Below, one piece after another: positions 32,463 through 42,443 of a stretch of DNA of 64,000 nucleotides. Both the position numbers and the translations under genes were made by a program. The stretch lies in contig CAWJLW010000006.1 in NCBI GenBank assembly GCA_963843795.1, positions 62,001-126,000 on the forward strand, in the 5' to 3' direction. The notes under the pieces were generated by a model, which was given only the letters and a program-made list of their open reading frames with translations, did not search any database and had not been told where the DNA came from. The DNA is from an uncultured bacterium (lineage in GTDB: Bacteria > Armatimonadota > Abditibacteriia > Abditibacteriales > Abditibacteriaceae). The first letter of the stretch is position 1, and each line of letters opens with the position of its first letter.

Positions 32463-33611
32463 TTAATAGCGCGGAGTTTCGGGATCGACGTTGGTTGACC
32501 ACGCATCAATGCCGCCCGCCAAATTCTGCAATTTAGAAAAGCCCATTTTTTGCAAAAAGCCAATCGCGCGCGCGCTGCGCATTCCGTGATGACAATAAAC
32601 CACGATGTCGTCGCTTGAATCTAATTCATTGACGCGCGACACGATGTCATCCAAAGGAATGTGCTTGGCACCCGGCAAGCGGTTGATTTCCCATTCTTCA
32701 GGCGTGCGCACGTCCAACAACGTCACTTTGGCTTTGTTGTCCAGCTTTTCTTTCAATTGCTTGGACGTAATTGAAGCCATCGGCTCGCGCGCTTCGCCAT
32801 CTTCGTTTTGGGGCGCGATGCCACAGAAGTACTGATAATCTTGCAATTCGGTGATCGTCGGGTTGGCACTGCACACCGGGCAACTGGGGTCTTTGCGGAT
32901 TTTTAGCTCGCGGAATTTCATTTCTAGAGCGTCGTAAAGCATTAAACGCCCAATCAACGGGCGACCTTTGCCCATGATGATTTTAATGGCTTCGGTGGCT
33001 TGAATCACACCAACCACACCCGGCAAGATGCCCAACACGCCGCCCTCGGCGCAACTGGGAACCATGCCCGGCGGCGGCGGCTCGGGATACAGGCAACGAT
33101 AGCACGGGCCTTCGGGCGCGCCAAAAACTGTGGCTTGCCCATCGAAACGGAAAATCGAACCGTACACATTCAACTTGCCATGAAACACGCAAGCGTCGTT
33201 TACCATGTAGCGCGTTTCAAAGTTATCGGTTCCATCAACCACGATGTCGTGGTTTTTAATCAATTCCTCGACATTATCGTTGGTCAGGCTATCGACGATG
33301 GCATTGACTTTGACATTCGGGTTGATTTCGTGAATGCGCGCTTTAGCCGATTCAGCTTTGGGCACGCCCACTCCTTCGGTTGAATGGATGATCTGGCGCT
33401 GCAAATTCGATAAATCGACCACGTCCGGGTCGATAATCGTCATTTCACCGACTCCCGAAGCCGCCAGATATAAAGCCGATGGCGAACCTAAACCACCCGC
33501 GCCCACTAGCAAAATCTTGGACGCGATAAGTTTTTCCTGTCCTTCCACGCCCACTTCGGGCATGATGAGATGACGCCCGTAGCGCATCACCTGCTCGTTG
33601 GTCATTTTCAT
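32463..33611 (-). CDS. moeB: MoeB/MoeZ adenylyltransferase-sulfurtransferase (ThiF + rhodanese)
   Basis: RYGRH, GAGGLG, SNLQRQ, CYRC, SCAEGGVLG, rhodanese CHHGMRS. Confidence 0.93.
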   Translation of the reverse strand: MKMTNEQVMRYGRHLIMPEVGVEGQEKLIASKILLVGAGGLGSPSALYLAASGVGEMTIIDPDVVDLSNLQRQIIHSTEGVGVPKAESAKARIHEINPNVKVNAIVDSLTNDNVEELIKNHDIVVDGTDNFETRYMVNDACVFHGKLNVYGSIFRFDGQATVFGAPEGPCYRCLYPEPPPPGMVPSCAEGGVLGILPGVVGVIQATEAIKIIMGKGRPLIGRLMLYDALEMKFRELKIRKDPSCPVCSANPTITELQDYQYFCGIAPQNEDGEAREPMASITSKQLKEKLDNKAKVTLLDVRTPEEWEINRLPGAKHIPLDDIVSRVNELDSSDDIVVYCHHGMRSARAIGFLQKMGFSKLQNLAGGIDAWSTNVDPETPRY

Positions 33612-33834
33612 TTTTTATTCCCTCGCAAAACCAAAACGCCGCGCCACACGCGCAGACATTTCGTTTTGTCTACCTTTCGCATAGGATTTAATTGAAAACG
33701 CAGTTTAGCGGTTTCGCGTTCCACGACAAGCGACCCACGCAGGGAGCTTGCGGAAATTCACAAACACAAAAACGGGACGCTTCGCAGCGCCCCGTCATTT
33801 AAGTAGCTTCCCAGCAACTTCATTTTGTCAGTTA

Positions 33835-33999
33835 TCAATTAAACGGCAGGCCGTTATTAGTCGTGCCATATAAGTTGGTACTCATACGGCGACCAAAAAA
33901 GGTCATGGCGCTGATAATGACAACAGCCAGCAAAGCTATTATCAAGCCGTATTCGACCAGGGTTTGGCCATCTTCATCGGCCCAAAATTGTTGAAACAT
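33835..33999 (-). CDS. flp: Flp/Fap type IVb pilin (copy 1, divergent; not in ORF track)
   Basis: MFQQFWADEDG|QTLVEYGLIIALLAVVIISAMTFFG, 54 aa; RBS GGAGG. Confidence 0.92.
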   Translation of the reverse strand: MFQQFWADEDGQTLVEYGLIIALLAVVIISAMTFFGRRMSTNLYGTTNNGLPFN

Positions 34000-34382
34000 T
34001 TTTCACCTCCCGCCCGTTACGGCTCGGAATTTGGGTGCGGCATTTCTGCCTTTTCTGTCTCGGCGCTTTAAAGCGCGCGTAATGCAAAATGAACGAGCTT
34101 GTCAGAGATAAATTCTCTATTGGCAACATCTACTATAACATCTATTATAAGGAATAATCCGTGCTACTAACGCCAGTGCAGCTTCATGCTACATTTTGGC
34201 CATTTTGCGAACTCTTTATATTCCCCCGAAATTTTCACTGACTCAAAACGATTTTCGGAAGAATAAGATGGAAAGCCAGCGGTAGCTGTGAATTATTGCT
34301 TAGGCTTAGCAAAACACCGCTCGAAGAATAAATCTGCGAGCGGTGTTTTACGATTTGTGTGACGAGCGCTGCAGCGCTTAAT

Positions 34383-34541
34383 TTAGGCAGCCAGACCGTT
34401 GCTGGCGCTGTTGAAGGTGTTGGAGATGCGGCGACCCATCACAGTCAAAACAGCGATCACGACAAGGGCGATCAGCGAAATCAGCAAACCATACTCAACC
34501 AAAGTCTGTCCGTCTTCTTCCTGCAAAAAATTCTGAATCAT
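34383..34541 (-). CDS. flp: Flp pilin (copy 2)
   Basis: MIQNFLQEEDG|QTLVEYGLLISLIALVVIAVLTVMGRRISNTFNSASNGLAA, 52 aa. Confidence 0.93.
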   Translation of the reverse strand: MIQNFLQEEDGQTLVEYGLLISLIALVVIAVLTVMGRRISNTFNSASNGLAA

Positions 34542-34761
34542 TGTTGTGTGCCTCCCGGCGATTTATTCGGTGCGGCGCGTTTCCGCTGTGCACTCTAAAA
34601 GGTGACCTGAACGAACGCAAGTTCGCTCATCTGCTCGACATTTTTCCGATTTTTTAGCTTGCTTTTAAAGTCTCTGAGAGAACTCGGGCTCTCCCTAGCA
34701 TTCGCTCAGAAACTTTAAGGCACTTCGGAACAATTTTCGTGTGTGACATTTGTGTTCAGGC

Positions 34762-34920
34762 TTAGGCAGCTAAGCCGTTGCTGGCGGTGTTGAAGGTGTT
34801 GGAGATGCGGCGACCCATCACAGTCAAAACAGCGATCACGACCAACGCGATCAGCGAAATCAGCAAACCGTATTCCACCAAAGTCTGTCCGTCTTCTTCC
34901 TGCAAAAAATTCTGAATCAT
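34762..34920 (-). CDS. flp: Flp pilin (copy 3)
   Basis: Same as copy 2 except ...FNTASNGLAA; RBS GAGGTG. Confidence 0.93.
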   Translation of the reverse strand: MIQNFLQEEDGQTLVEYGLLISLIALVVIAVLTVMGRRISNTFNTASNGLAA

Positions 34921-35138
34921 TACGTTTCACCTCACTTATTTTTAGAAAATCGAAGTCGCTCAGTTTTGTTCCTCTCGGAATCTTCTCTCGACTACGTTGT
35001 TAGCTTTTTACCATGTCGCAGCGCTTTTCACACATAAAGTGCTTCATTTGGAGAAAATATTTTTTTATTTTCAAATTTTCTTTGTTTGCAGCGCAACGCT
35101 TTTCATGTTGCAACTAAATGGCCACTGAGCGAAAAGAA

Positions 35139-36941
35139 TTATTTTTTTGTGATTTGTAGATCGCTTGGTGCCGTGAGGAGCACGAAATTTGAGGTTTTGA
35201 GTTCGGTGCGCCAGTGCGCGGCTTGCAAGCGTTTGATGAGCAGTTGCTGGCTGTGCGGGTCGAGCAGCGCGCACGAAAATCCACGCGCTGCAAGTACTTG
35301 CGGGGCGTCGGTTGCGCCCGCGCTGAGACGCGCATAATCTTCCCAGAATTCCGAGGGATACAATTCAACGCGCGGATCGGCCATCGGGCGCAATTCAGTG
35401 GCCATTGCCCACATTATGTAAGAACCAAATCCCATGTCGTGCCACACGCGCCCGCTGGTTCGATGCGCGCGCAACCATTGCACGGCCTCGACCGGTGTGC
35501 TGCGATCCATCAATAACGGCGCATCGCCCGCGAAACCGCGTGGGAAATTTTCGGACGGCGTGGGAGCAAAACGCGCGCGAAACTCTGGTGGCCAGTCGAA
35601 TTGCGCCTTAAATTGGGGCAGCGCTAAAATTAAAGAAGCGCATAAAATTAGCGCTAAGATCGCGTTGAAAATTTGTGCGCCTTTGCTAACGGCGACGTGT
35701 GATTGCGTTGATCGGATATGAATTGCGGCTCGCTCTGCTGTAAATGTTGCTGTGTATAGAGCGCTCCACAGCGGCGCGAAAAATAAGCCGAACCACAGAA
35801 TTGCGCGCTTATCTCGCAGTGCCATTATCAGGAGAGCCAGCGCAATCAACAGTTCGCTACCGCGTACACCCCAGCGATTTAAAATCTGTCGATCCAATTC
35901 ATGCATTTGTTGTGTCAATTCATCCTGCAAGTACTTGCCCTGCACTTTGTGTCGCGTCAGGTTGCCGTAGATGACGAGCAGCAGAACACAAATCGGCGCG
36001 ATGCCAAAAATCAGACTATTCCATTCCGCAAGCGACCAATCCGGTGCCTGCCATTCTTGAATATATTTCTGTCCGGTCTGATTAGTCGCGAGATCGCGCA
36101 CATAAAGATAGATGCCTGGCCCGCGTAAATTCACGCAAGCCGCCAGCGCAACTGCGCCTACAATTCCCCAGATGGCGCGCGCATTAAGCGCGCTACCCAG
36201 CCAAACCCAATTGGCTCTGGACACCAAAAGCCGTGTGACGAGTTCGCCGCTGGCCAGAATGCCGAGCAAAATCAGTCCGGTGAAAAACGCACCATGCAAA
36301 TTCACCCAAATCGCCATCAAAACGCTCAAGCCAATTAACCAGCGCCCGCGCGAGACGCGCGTGAGAAACGGCCACTCAAAAATAAACAGCGTCCAGATTC
36401 CAAAAAATGGCAGCGAGAACATTTGCGGACGCGTATCGAAGTTGTTACAGCTCATCAAAAATGCCCACATCGCGCCGCCACAAACGATGCGCGCTGCGCG
36501 CGTGCCATCGATATGCGGTGCGATGCGCCCCACTCGTCGCAAACTGGCGATTAGCAAAATGCACCAGGTCGCGCCTAGCAACAGGGCGCGCGCGATGGTC
36601 ACGCCTGATAATCCCCACGCGCGCAAAATTTGAAATAACAGCCAGTCGGAAAGCCAACTCTGGAAAAAATAGGGCGTTTGTGGCGTCACCCACGGCGGAC
36701 TATCAGAAAACGTGTTGATGTTTGGAATGTGGCCGAGCGCGACGATTTCGCGTCCGGCGCGCGCATGATACCAAAGGTCATTCGGCCCCATCGGCAGCAA
36801 TAGCGCATACCAAACCACACATAGCGGCACGAAAAGCCACCACAAAAGATCAATGCGCCCCCACCAGTGAATTTCTGTCTGAGCCGCAGTGGGCTGGGAC
36901 GAAGCCGCCCGGTCTTTTTTATCGAAATGCGAATCGTTCAT
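35139..36941 (-). CDS. Polytopic membrane protein, GT-C-like putative glycosyltransferase
   Basis: ~11-13 TM segments; DLWYH...G, RPQMFS, WVNLHG, EW, DPRVELY motifs. Confidence 0.65.
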   Translation of the reverse strand: MNDSHFDKKDRAASSQPTAAQTEIHWWGRIDLLWWLFVPLCVVWYALLLPMGPNDLWYHARAGREIVALGHIPNINTFSDSPPWVTPQTPYFFQSWLSDWLLFQILRAWGLSGVTIARALLLGATWCILLIASLRRVGRIAPHIDGTRAARIVCGGAMWAFLMSCNNFDTRPQMFSLPFFGIWTLFIFEWPFLTRVSRGRWLIGLSVLMAIWVNLHGAFFTGLILLGILASGELVTRLLVSRANWVWLGSALNARAIWGIVGAVALAACVNLRGPGIYLYVRDLATNQTGQKYIQEWQAPDWSLAEWNSLIFGIAPICVLLLVIYGNLTRHKVQGKYLQDELTQQMHELDRQILNRWGVRGSELLIALALLIMALRDKRAILWFGLFFAPLWSALYTATFTAERAAIHIRSTQSHVAVSKGAQIFNAILALILCASLILALPQFKAQFDWPPEFRARFAPTPSENFPRGFAGDAPLLMDRSTPVEAVQWLRAHRTSGRVWHDMGFGSYIMWAMATELRPMADPRVELYPSEFWEDYARLSAGATDAPQVLAARGFSCALLDPHSQQLLIKRLQAAHWRTELKTSNFVLLTAPSDLQITKK

Positions 36942-37023
36942 AGCACCTGAAATTTGTCGTTTTGACCTCGCAAGTACTTGCAAGGCGTTCTAAGCGTGCC
37001 ATAAAAGCCCGGTACGTGACACA

Positions 37024-37056
37024 AAAAAACCCGCTTCCAAATGGAAGCGGGTTTTT
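37024..37056 (-). terminator. Intrinsic terminator after flp copy 4
   Basis: AAAAAACCCGCTTCCA-AA-TGGAAGCGGGTTTTT. Confidence 0.8.
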
Positions 37057-37068
37057 CTTCGCTCTTTC

Positions 37069-37227
37069 TTAGGCAGCTAAGCCGTTGCTAGCGGTGTTGA
37101 AGGTGTTGGAGATGCGGCGACCCATCACAGTCAAAACAGCGATCACGACAAGGGCGATCAGCGAAATCAGCAAACCATACTCAACCAAAGTCTGTCCGTC
37201 TTCTTCCTGCAAAAAATTCTGAATCAT
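37069..37227 (-). CDS. flp: Flp pilin (copy 4)
   Basis: Protein identical to copy 3; leader identical to that of copy 2. Confidence 0.93.
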   Translation of the reverse strand: MIQNFLQEEDGQTLVEYGLLISLIALVVIAVLTVMGRRISNTFNTASNGLAA

Positions 37228-37339
37228 TGTTGTGTGCCTCCCGGCGATTTATTCGGTGCGGCGCGTTTCCGCTGTGCACTCTAAAATTGTGAACGTAGGG
37301 AACTTGCTTTAGCTCGCTCGTCCGTTCTGGTTCTCATGT

Positions 37340-37355
37340 TGCAAACAAGTTGCCA
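37340..37355 (-). promoter_or_regulatory. Putative sigma-54 -24/-12 promoter for flp copy 4
   Basis: TGGCAACTTGTTTGCA on the minus strand (GG-N10-GC). Confidence 0.55.
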
Positions 37356-37475
37356 GTGAAGAAATTCTGGAAAATTTTTTTTGAAGTCGATTTGCTGGAT
37401 GCGCTGACGTTTCCTCTGAGCACATGTCATATCTGTTAAACCTTGAATGCTTAAGAATTAAAATAGTCAAAAATT

Positions 37476-38936
37476 ATGTTCGATTCAACACAAGCTGTAT
37501 TAGAAGCACCGCAGATTGAAACCAAAGACCATGCTCGCACTGTCGGTTTGGTGTCGCTGGGCTGTGCCAAGAATTTGGTCGATAGCGAAGTTATGCTTGG
37601 CTTATTGCAGGGCGCGGGCTATCAAGTCACGACCGATGCCAGTACTGCCGATGCGGTGATCGTCAATACCTGCGGTTTTTTGGGTGCGGCGGTCGAGGAA
37701 AGCCTGCAATCTCTGAGCGAAATGGCGCTTTTGAAGCGTGAAGGCAATTGCCGCGCTCTAGTGGCGGCGGGCTGTTTGCCGCAGCGCGACGCGCAACTGA
37801 TTAAAATGCGCGTGCCCGAAGTCGATGCCATTGTCGGAACCGGCGATTTCATGAACATTGTTCAAACGCTCGACCGCGCTTTTGCCGAAAAAACTGTCGA
37901 AAACGAAGTGCCAACTGTTCCCAGCGGCCTGATTTCCCTCAGCCAGCTGGCGGGTGGTCTCAGCGTGACGCCGCGCGAACAGCACACTTACGTTTACGAC
38001 CACACCACGCCGCGTTTGCGCGCTACGCCGCCGTGGACGGCGTATCTGAAAATCGCCGAAGGCTGCGATCACACGTGTTCGTTTTGCATTATTCCGCAAC
38101 TGCGCGGCCCATTTCGCTCGCGCCCGATTGAATCCATCGTGACCGAAGCGCGCCAACTGGCCGCGTCAGGCGCGCGCGAAGTTGTTTTAATTGCGCAGGA
38201 TTCGACGCGCTACGGCCACGATTTATACAATAAATGGGCGTTGGGCGAGCTGTTACAAGCGCTTTCAGAAATCGAAGAATTGCAGTGGATTCGCGTTTTA
38301 TACGCGTATCCGTCGCAAGTCGATGACACTTTCATCGAAGCTCTGTGCACTGCGCCTCGCGTGGCGCGTTACTTGGATATTCCGTTACAACACGCCGACC
38401 GCACGGTTTTGGCGCGCATGAGACGCGGCGGCCATGCCGAAAGTTACGCGCGTTTACTGGATCGATTCCGGGCACAATGCCCGGAAATCTCGATTCGCAC
38501 CAGCTTCATTGTTGGCTTTCCCGGCGAAACAGATGAACAGTTTCAAACTCTGTGCGATTTCGTGAAAGAACAGCGCTTCGACCGCATCGGCGTTTTCAAG
38601 TATTCCGACGAAAAAGAAGCGCTTTCTTTCGGTTTGGACGAGCGCGTGCCCGAAGCCGTGAAAGAAGAACGCTATCACATTCTGCAATCATTGCAGCAGA
38701 AAATTTCGTTGCAAAATAATCGCGAATTCATCGGTCGAACCTTAGATGTGCTTCTGGAAAGTGTAGAAAATGGCAAAATGATCGGTCGTTCGTACCGCGA
38801 CGCGCCTGATATCGATGGCAACGTGGCCGTGAAAATGACGCCGCGCCAGATGCGTAAATTTGTTCCCGGCGATGTAGTGAAAGTGAAAATCAGCGGCGCG
38901 GGCGCTTATGATTTGAGCGGCAAAGTTATCGATTGA
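37476..38936 (+). CDS. rimO: Ribosomal protein S12 methylthiotransferase
   Basis: SLGCAKNLVDSE, VNTCGF, YLKIAEGCDHTCSFCIIP, TRAM end DAPDIDG. Confidence 0.95.
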   Translation: MFDSTQAVLEAPQIETKDHARTVGLVSLGCAKNLVDSEVMLGLLQGAGYQVTTDASTADAVIVNTCGFLGAAVEESLQSLSEMALLKREGNCRALVAAGCLPQRDAQLIKMRVPEVDAIVGTGDFMNIVQTLDRAFAEKTVENEVPTVPSGLISLSQLAGGLSVTPREQHTYVYDHTTPRLRATPPWTAYLKIAEGCDHTCSFCIIPQLRGPFRSRPIESIVTEARQLAASGAREVVLIAQDSTRYGHDLYNKWALGELLQALSEIEELQWIRVLYAYPSQVDDTFIEALCTAPRVARYLDIPLQHADRTVLARMRRGGHAESYARLLDRFRAQCPEISIRTSFIVGFPGETDEQFQTLCDFVKEQRFDRIGVFKYSDEKEALSFGLDERVPEAVKEERYHILQSLQQKISLQNNREFIGRTLDVLLESVENGKMIGRSYRDAPDIDGNVAVKMTPRQMRKFVPGDVVKVKISGAGAYDLSGKVID

Positions 38937-39013
38937 ATTAGTGAATCCAGAAAAAGCTCCTGCAAGTACTTGCAGGAGCTTTTTGCGTTCTGCGGCTCGT
39001 TAAACTACATGCA

Positions 39014-40564
39014 ATGAGCGAAATCGCTATTGCCTCCAATTCCACCAAGACCGAACGCGAAACCTTATCGGCCCAAGACCGCGAAATCGATATTCTCATT
39101 CGTGCGCGCTATCCGATGATTTATCTCGTGTCCTACGAAGAAACCCGCGTCGAGGATGCCCTCAGACGCATCGTCGATGGCAAAAAACCGGTTCACATCT
39201 GGTCGGCCACCGAACCATTTGTTGGCGCGGGCACGCGCAACAGCGATCCGTATGCGCGTGTGCCTTTGGATGGTTTGTCGCAAGCCATTGAAGCTTTGAA
39301 CATCATTTATCGCAAAGTGCGCGAAGAAGGCGTGCGCGCAATTTGGGTGCTGCGCGATTTTGAACCGTTTCTCGACCAACCGGTGATTGTGCGCCGTTTG
39401 CGCGACTTGGCGTTTGCGCTCAAACGCTCGTATTCGACTTTGATTTTTCTGTCGCCGGTTTTGCACGTTCCCGAAGCTCTCGATAAAGATGTCGTGGTTT
39501 TAGATTACGACCTGCCGACCGCACCCGAATTAGACGAAATCCTGAGCACTCTTTTAGATTCGCTACCACCAACCACACGCCCACAGTTGCCGCAAATTTT
39601 GCGCGAAGCCCTGGTACAGGCGGCGCGCGGATTGACTGCCGATGAAGCGGCCAACGTGTTTGCTAAAGCTCTGGTCGCTTCCGATGGACGCACGCTGGAA
39701 GTTTCGGTCGTTCTGGCGGAAAAGAAGCAGATTATCCGTAAATCGCGCGCGCTGGAATTTAGCGAAGCGCAGACTTCTCTTGATGGCGTCGGTGGTCACG
39801 AATATCTCAAAGCGTGGCTGCGCACGCGCGGCGCGGCGTTTTCTACGCGTGCGCGCGATTACGGCCTGCCGATGCCGCGCGGTGTATTATTGTTGGGCGT
39901 GCCGGGTTGTGGCAAATCTTTAACGGCCAAAGCCATTGGCGATGCGTGGCAATTGCCACTTTTGCGCTTTGATGTGTCGAGCGTATTCGGGAAATATGTC
40001 GGCGAAAGCGAAGGCAATCTCAGGCGCGCGCTGCAAGCCGCCGAAGCGGTCGCGCCGTGTGTTTTGTGGATTGACGAACTGGAAAAAGCCTTTTCTGGCG
40101 CGCGCGGCGATGATGGCGGCACGACGCTCAGAATTTTGGGCACGTTTTTGAGTTGGCTGCAAGACAAGAAATCGCCAGTTTTTGTCGTGGCGACGGCGAA
40201 TTCGGTCGAACTTTTGCCACCGGAATTGCTGCGGCGCGGGCGCTTAGACGAAATTTTCTTTGTCGATTTGCCCGAAGAAAATGAGCGCGAAGAAATTTTT
40301 CGTATTCATTTGAACAAGCGCGGGCGCGCGGCGGAAAATTTCGACCTGCAAGTACTTGCCGCGCGCTCGGAAGGCTTTTCGGGCGCGGAAATCGAGCAGG
40401 CAATTATTTCTTCGTTGTATGATGCGTTTGAAAACGGGCGCGACATTATGGACGCGGATATTTTGCAGACTTTGCAAACCCTAGTGCCGCTTTCGCGCAC
40501 GATGAGCGAAGATATTTCGCGGTTGCGCGAATGGGCCGCAACACGCGCGCGTCCGGCTTCGTAA
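39014..40564 (+). CDS. Ycf46-like AAA+ ATPase
   Basis: IRARYP.IY...EE.R, GVPGCGKS, WIDELEK, RRGRLDEIFF. Confidence 0.9.
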   Translation: MSEIAIASNSTKTERETLSAQDREIDILIRARYPMIYLVSYEETRVEDALRRIVDGKKPVHIWSATEPFVGAGTRNSDPYARVPLDGLSQAIEALNIIYRKVREEGVRAIWVLRDFEPFLDQPVIVRRLRDLAFALKRSYSTLIFLSPVLHVPEALDKDVVVLDYDLPTAPELDEILSTLLDSLPPTTRPQLPQILREALVQAARGLTADEAANVFAKALVASDGRTLEVSVVLAEKKQIIRKSRALEFSEAQTSLDGVGGHEYLKAWLRTRGAAFSTRARDYGLPMPRGVLLLGVPGCGKSLTAKAIGDAWQLPLLRFDVSSVFGKYVGESEGNLRRALQAAEAVAPCVLWIDELEKAFSGARGDDGGTTLRILGTFLSWLQDKKSPVFVVATANSVELLPPELLRRGRLDEIFFVDLPEENEREEIFRIHLNKRGRAAENFDLQVLAARSEGFSGAEIEQAIISSLYDAFENGRDIMDADILQTLQTLVPLSRTMSEDISRLREWAATRARPAS

Positions 40565-40604
40565 GTTTTGCTCGAAATAACGCGCTGCAAGTCCTTGCAG
40601 CGCG

Positions 40605-42068
40605 TTATTTCGCTGCTTTCGGAGCTGCGCGTTTTGGCGTGTATTTGCCAGTTGGCAAATCGTCTTCGCTGCGAATATTCCACTTCAGCAATTCTTCTGT
40701 CATTTGCAAGCGCGTGTCGCGGTGCGCGGGATCGTCGTATAAATCATTGAGTTCCGCAGGATCGGCTTCGACGTCGTAAAGTTCGCCGTGTCCGGTGTGG
40801 TCGAACAGCAATTTCCAGCGATTCATGCGCACCATTTTCAATTTGCCGCTTTGCGTCACGCTATTAAGTTCATCGAAGCTAGGCCCATCGTAATCAAAAT
40901 GCAAAGGCGGGCGCTCGTCTTCGTCATAAAATTCGCCGCCAAAACCGAGTTCGGAAATTATCGAGCGAAAATCGTCCGGCAAGTACTTGCCGCCGCTCAA
41001 CATCGGCCACAGGCTGCGGCCTTGCACGCCATAAGGAATTTCGCTGCCGGTCATTTCACACAACGTCGGCAGAATGTCGATGAGCGAGACAAACTCATCG
41101 CGCACCGCGCCGTTTTGCACGTTCGGCCCGGCGAACAAAAGCGGCACACGTACCAAACACTCTGGCAGACCGACGCCTTTGCGCTGCAAACCGTAATCGC
41201 CCGCGTAATCACCGTGATCGCTGGTGAAAATAAACAGCGTGTCGTCACCCAAATTCAAAGCTTTCAAATGCTGGACAAAGCGCTGGATTTGATCATCGAT
41301 CAAGCGCATCATTCCGCAATAATTGGCGCGATAACGTCGCCAATCTTCGCGATAGCCGGGCCGTTTTTCTTCGGTCAAGTGCTGCATCCAACGCCATTTC
41401 GGGCCTTTGCGAGCGCCATCTTGGGCCGTAGCAACCGGCGCGGGCAGGGTTTGTTCGTCGAAAAGCGAAAAATATGGTTCCGGCACTTGATAGGGATTGT
41501 GAGGTTCGGGAAACGAGAGCCACAAAAAGAACGGTTTTTCCTCGTCGCGCGCCTCGACCATTTCAATCGCATCGCGCACGATGCGATAGGGAAGCTGGCA
41601 TTCGAGCGGAAACGGTGTCGCGTGATCGGCCACGCCATGATCGAGATCGTGCAGCCAAGAATCGAACGCGGTTTCTTCGTCGTTTTTGTGATTGGTGAGC
41701 GCGCCGGTGTGCATATATTCGGTGGCTTTATCGAAATCGGCGGGCGCGCGATACGAATGGTTTTTGCCCGCCAAAAATAGCGCGTAATTTTGCGCGCGCA
41801 GAATGTCGAGCAGATCGTCGCCGCGCACGATATTGGCGAGTCCGCCATTTTCACGCACGCGCGTAGCTTGGGAAAATCGCCCGCTCAACAGTGCACAACG
41901 CGCCGGACCGCACGTCGGGTTGGGCGTGTAAGCGCGCGAAAAACGGGTGCCGCGCGCGCCCAGCGCATCGACAAATGGCATCGTATCGAGCGCGAAATTT
42001 TCGCTCGCCAAGAAATCGGCGCGCTGCTGATCGGTCATAATCAGCACGATATTGGAATGTTGAGACAT
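40605..42068 (-). CDS. Sulfatase (FGly-type)
   Basis: NIVLIMTDQQR, CGPAR (CxPxR), PH.P, SDHG. Confidence 0.92.
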   Translation of the reverse strand: MSQHSNIVLIMTDQQRADFLASENFALDTMPFVDALGARGTRFSRAYTPNPTCGPARCALLSGRFSQATRVRENGGLANIVRGDDLLDILRAQNYALFLAGKNHSYRAPADFDKATEYMHTGALTNHKNDEETAFDSWLHDLDHGVADHATPFPLECQLPYRIVRDAIEMVEARDEEKPFFLWLSFPEPHNPYQVPEPYFSLFDEQTLPAPVATAQDGARKGPKWRWMQHLTEEKRPGYREDWRRYRANYCGMMRLIDDQIQRFVQHLKALNLGDDTLFIFTSDHGDYAGDYGLQRKGVGLPECLVRVPLLFAGPNVQNGAVRDEFVSLIDILPTLCEMTGSEIPYGVQGRSLWPMLSGGKYLPDDFRSIISELGFGGEFYDEDERPPLHFDYDGPSFDELNSVTQSGKLKMVRMNRWKLLFDHTGHGELYDVEADPAELNDLYDDPAHRDTRLQMTEELLKWNIRSEDDLPTGKYTPKRAAPKAAK

Positions 42069-42443
42069 AGAAAACGTGGCAAATCTCAGAAAATCTCGAA
42101 ACTGCTGCGGCGATTGCGATTTTACCCGTTTTCTCTACTCAAACGCAAAAAGCGCGCTGCAAGTACTTGCAGCGCGCTTTAGATGGCGAAAATCAGCAAA
42201 GTCAGCGCGGCGATTAAAAAAGCAAGGATGCTTTCGACGCGCGATTGAGGCAGAAATGAAAGCGTATGGCGAAACATGGCGTCTCCCTGTGAAACCTTGA
42301 ACGATACTGTGTTCGACAAAAAAAGGTTAACGTTGGCAGATTACCAAAAGATTAATGAGACGTAAAACTCTTGTTATGTTTGCATCTCATTCATCTTTTC
42401 GCGCGGAAAATTCTTTGTTGCAAGTACTTGCCAGCGTATGTGT

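Noticed and set aside
34542..34620. c-di-GMP riboswitch upstream of flp
   Set aside because: Has a GAAA hairpin but lacks the recognisable class I or class II consensus; kept only as an unnamed candidate leader.
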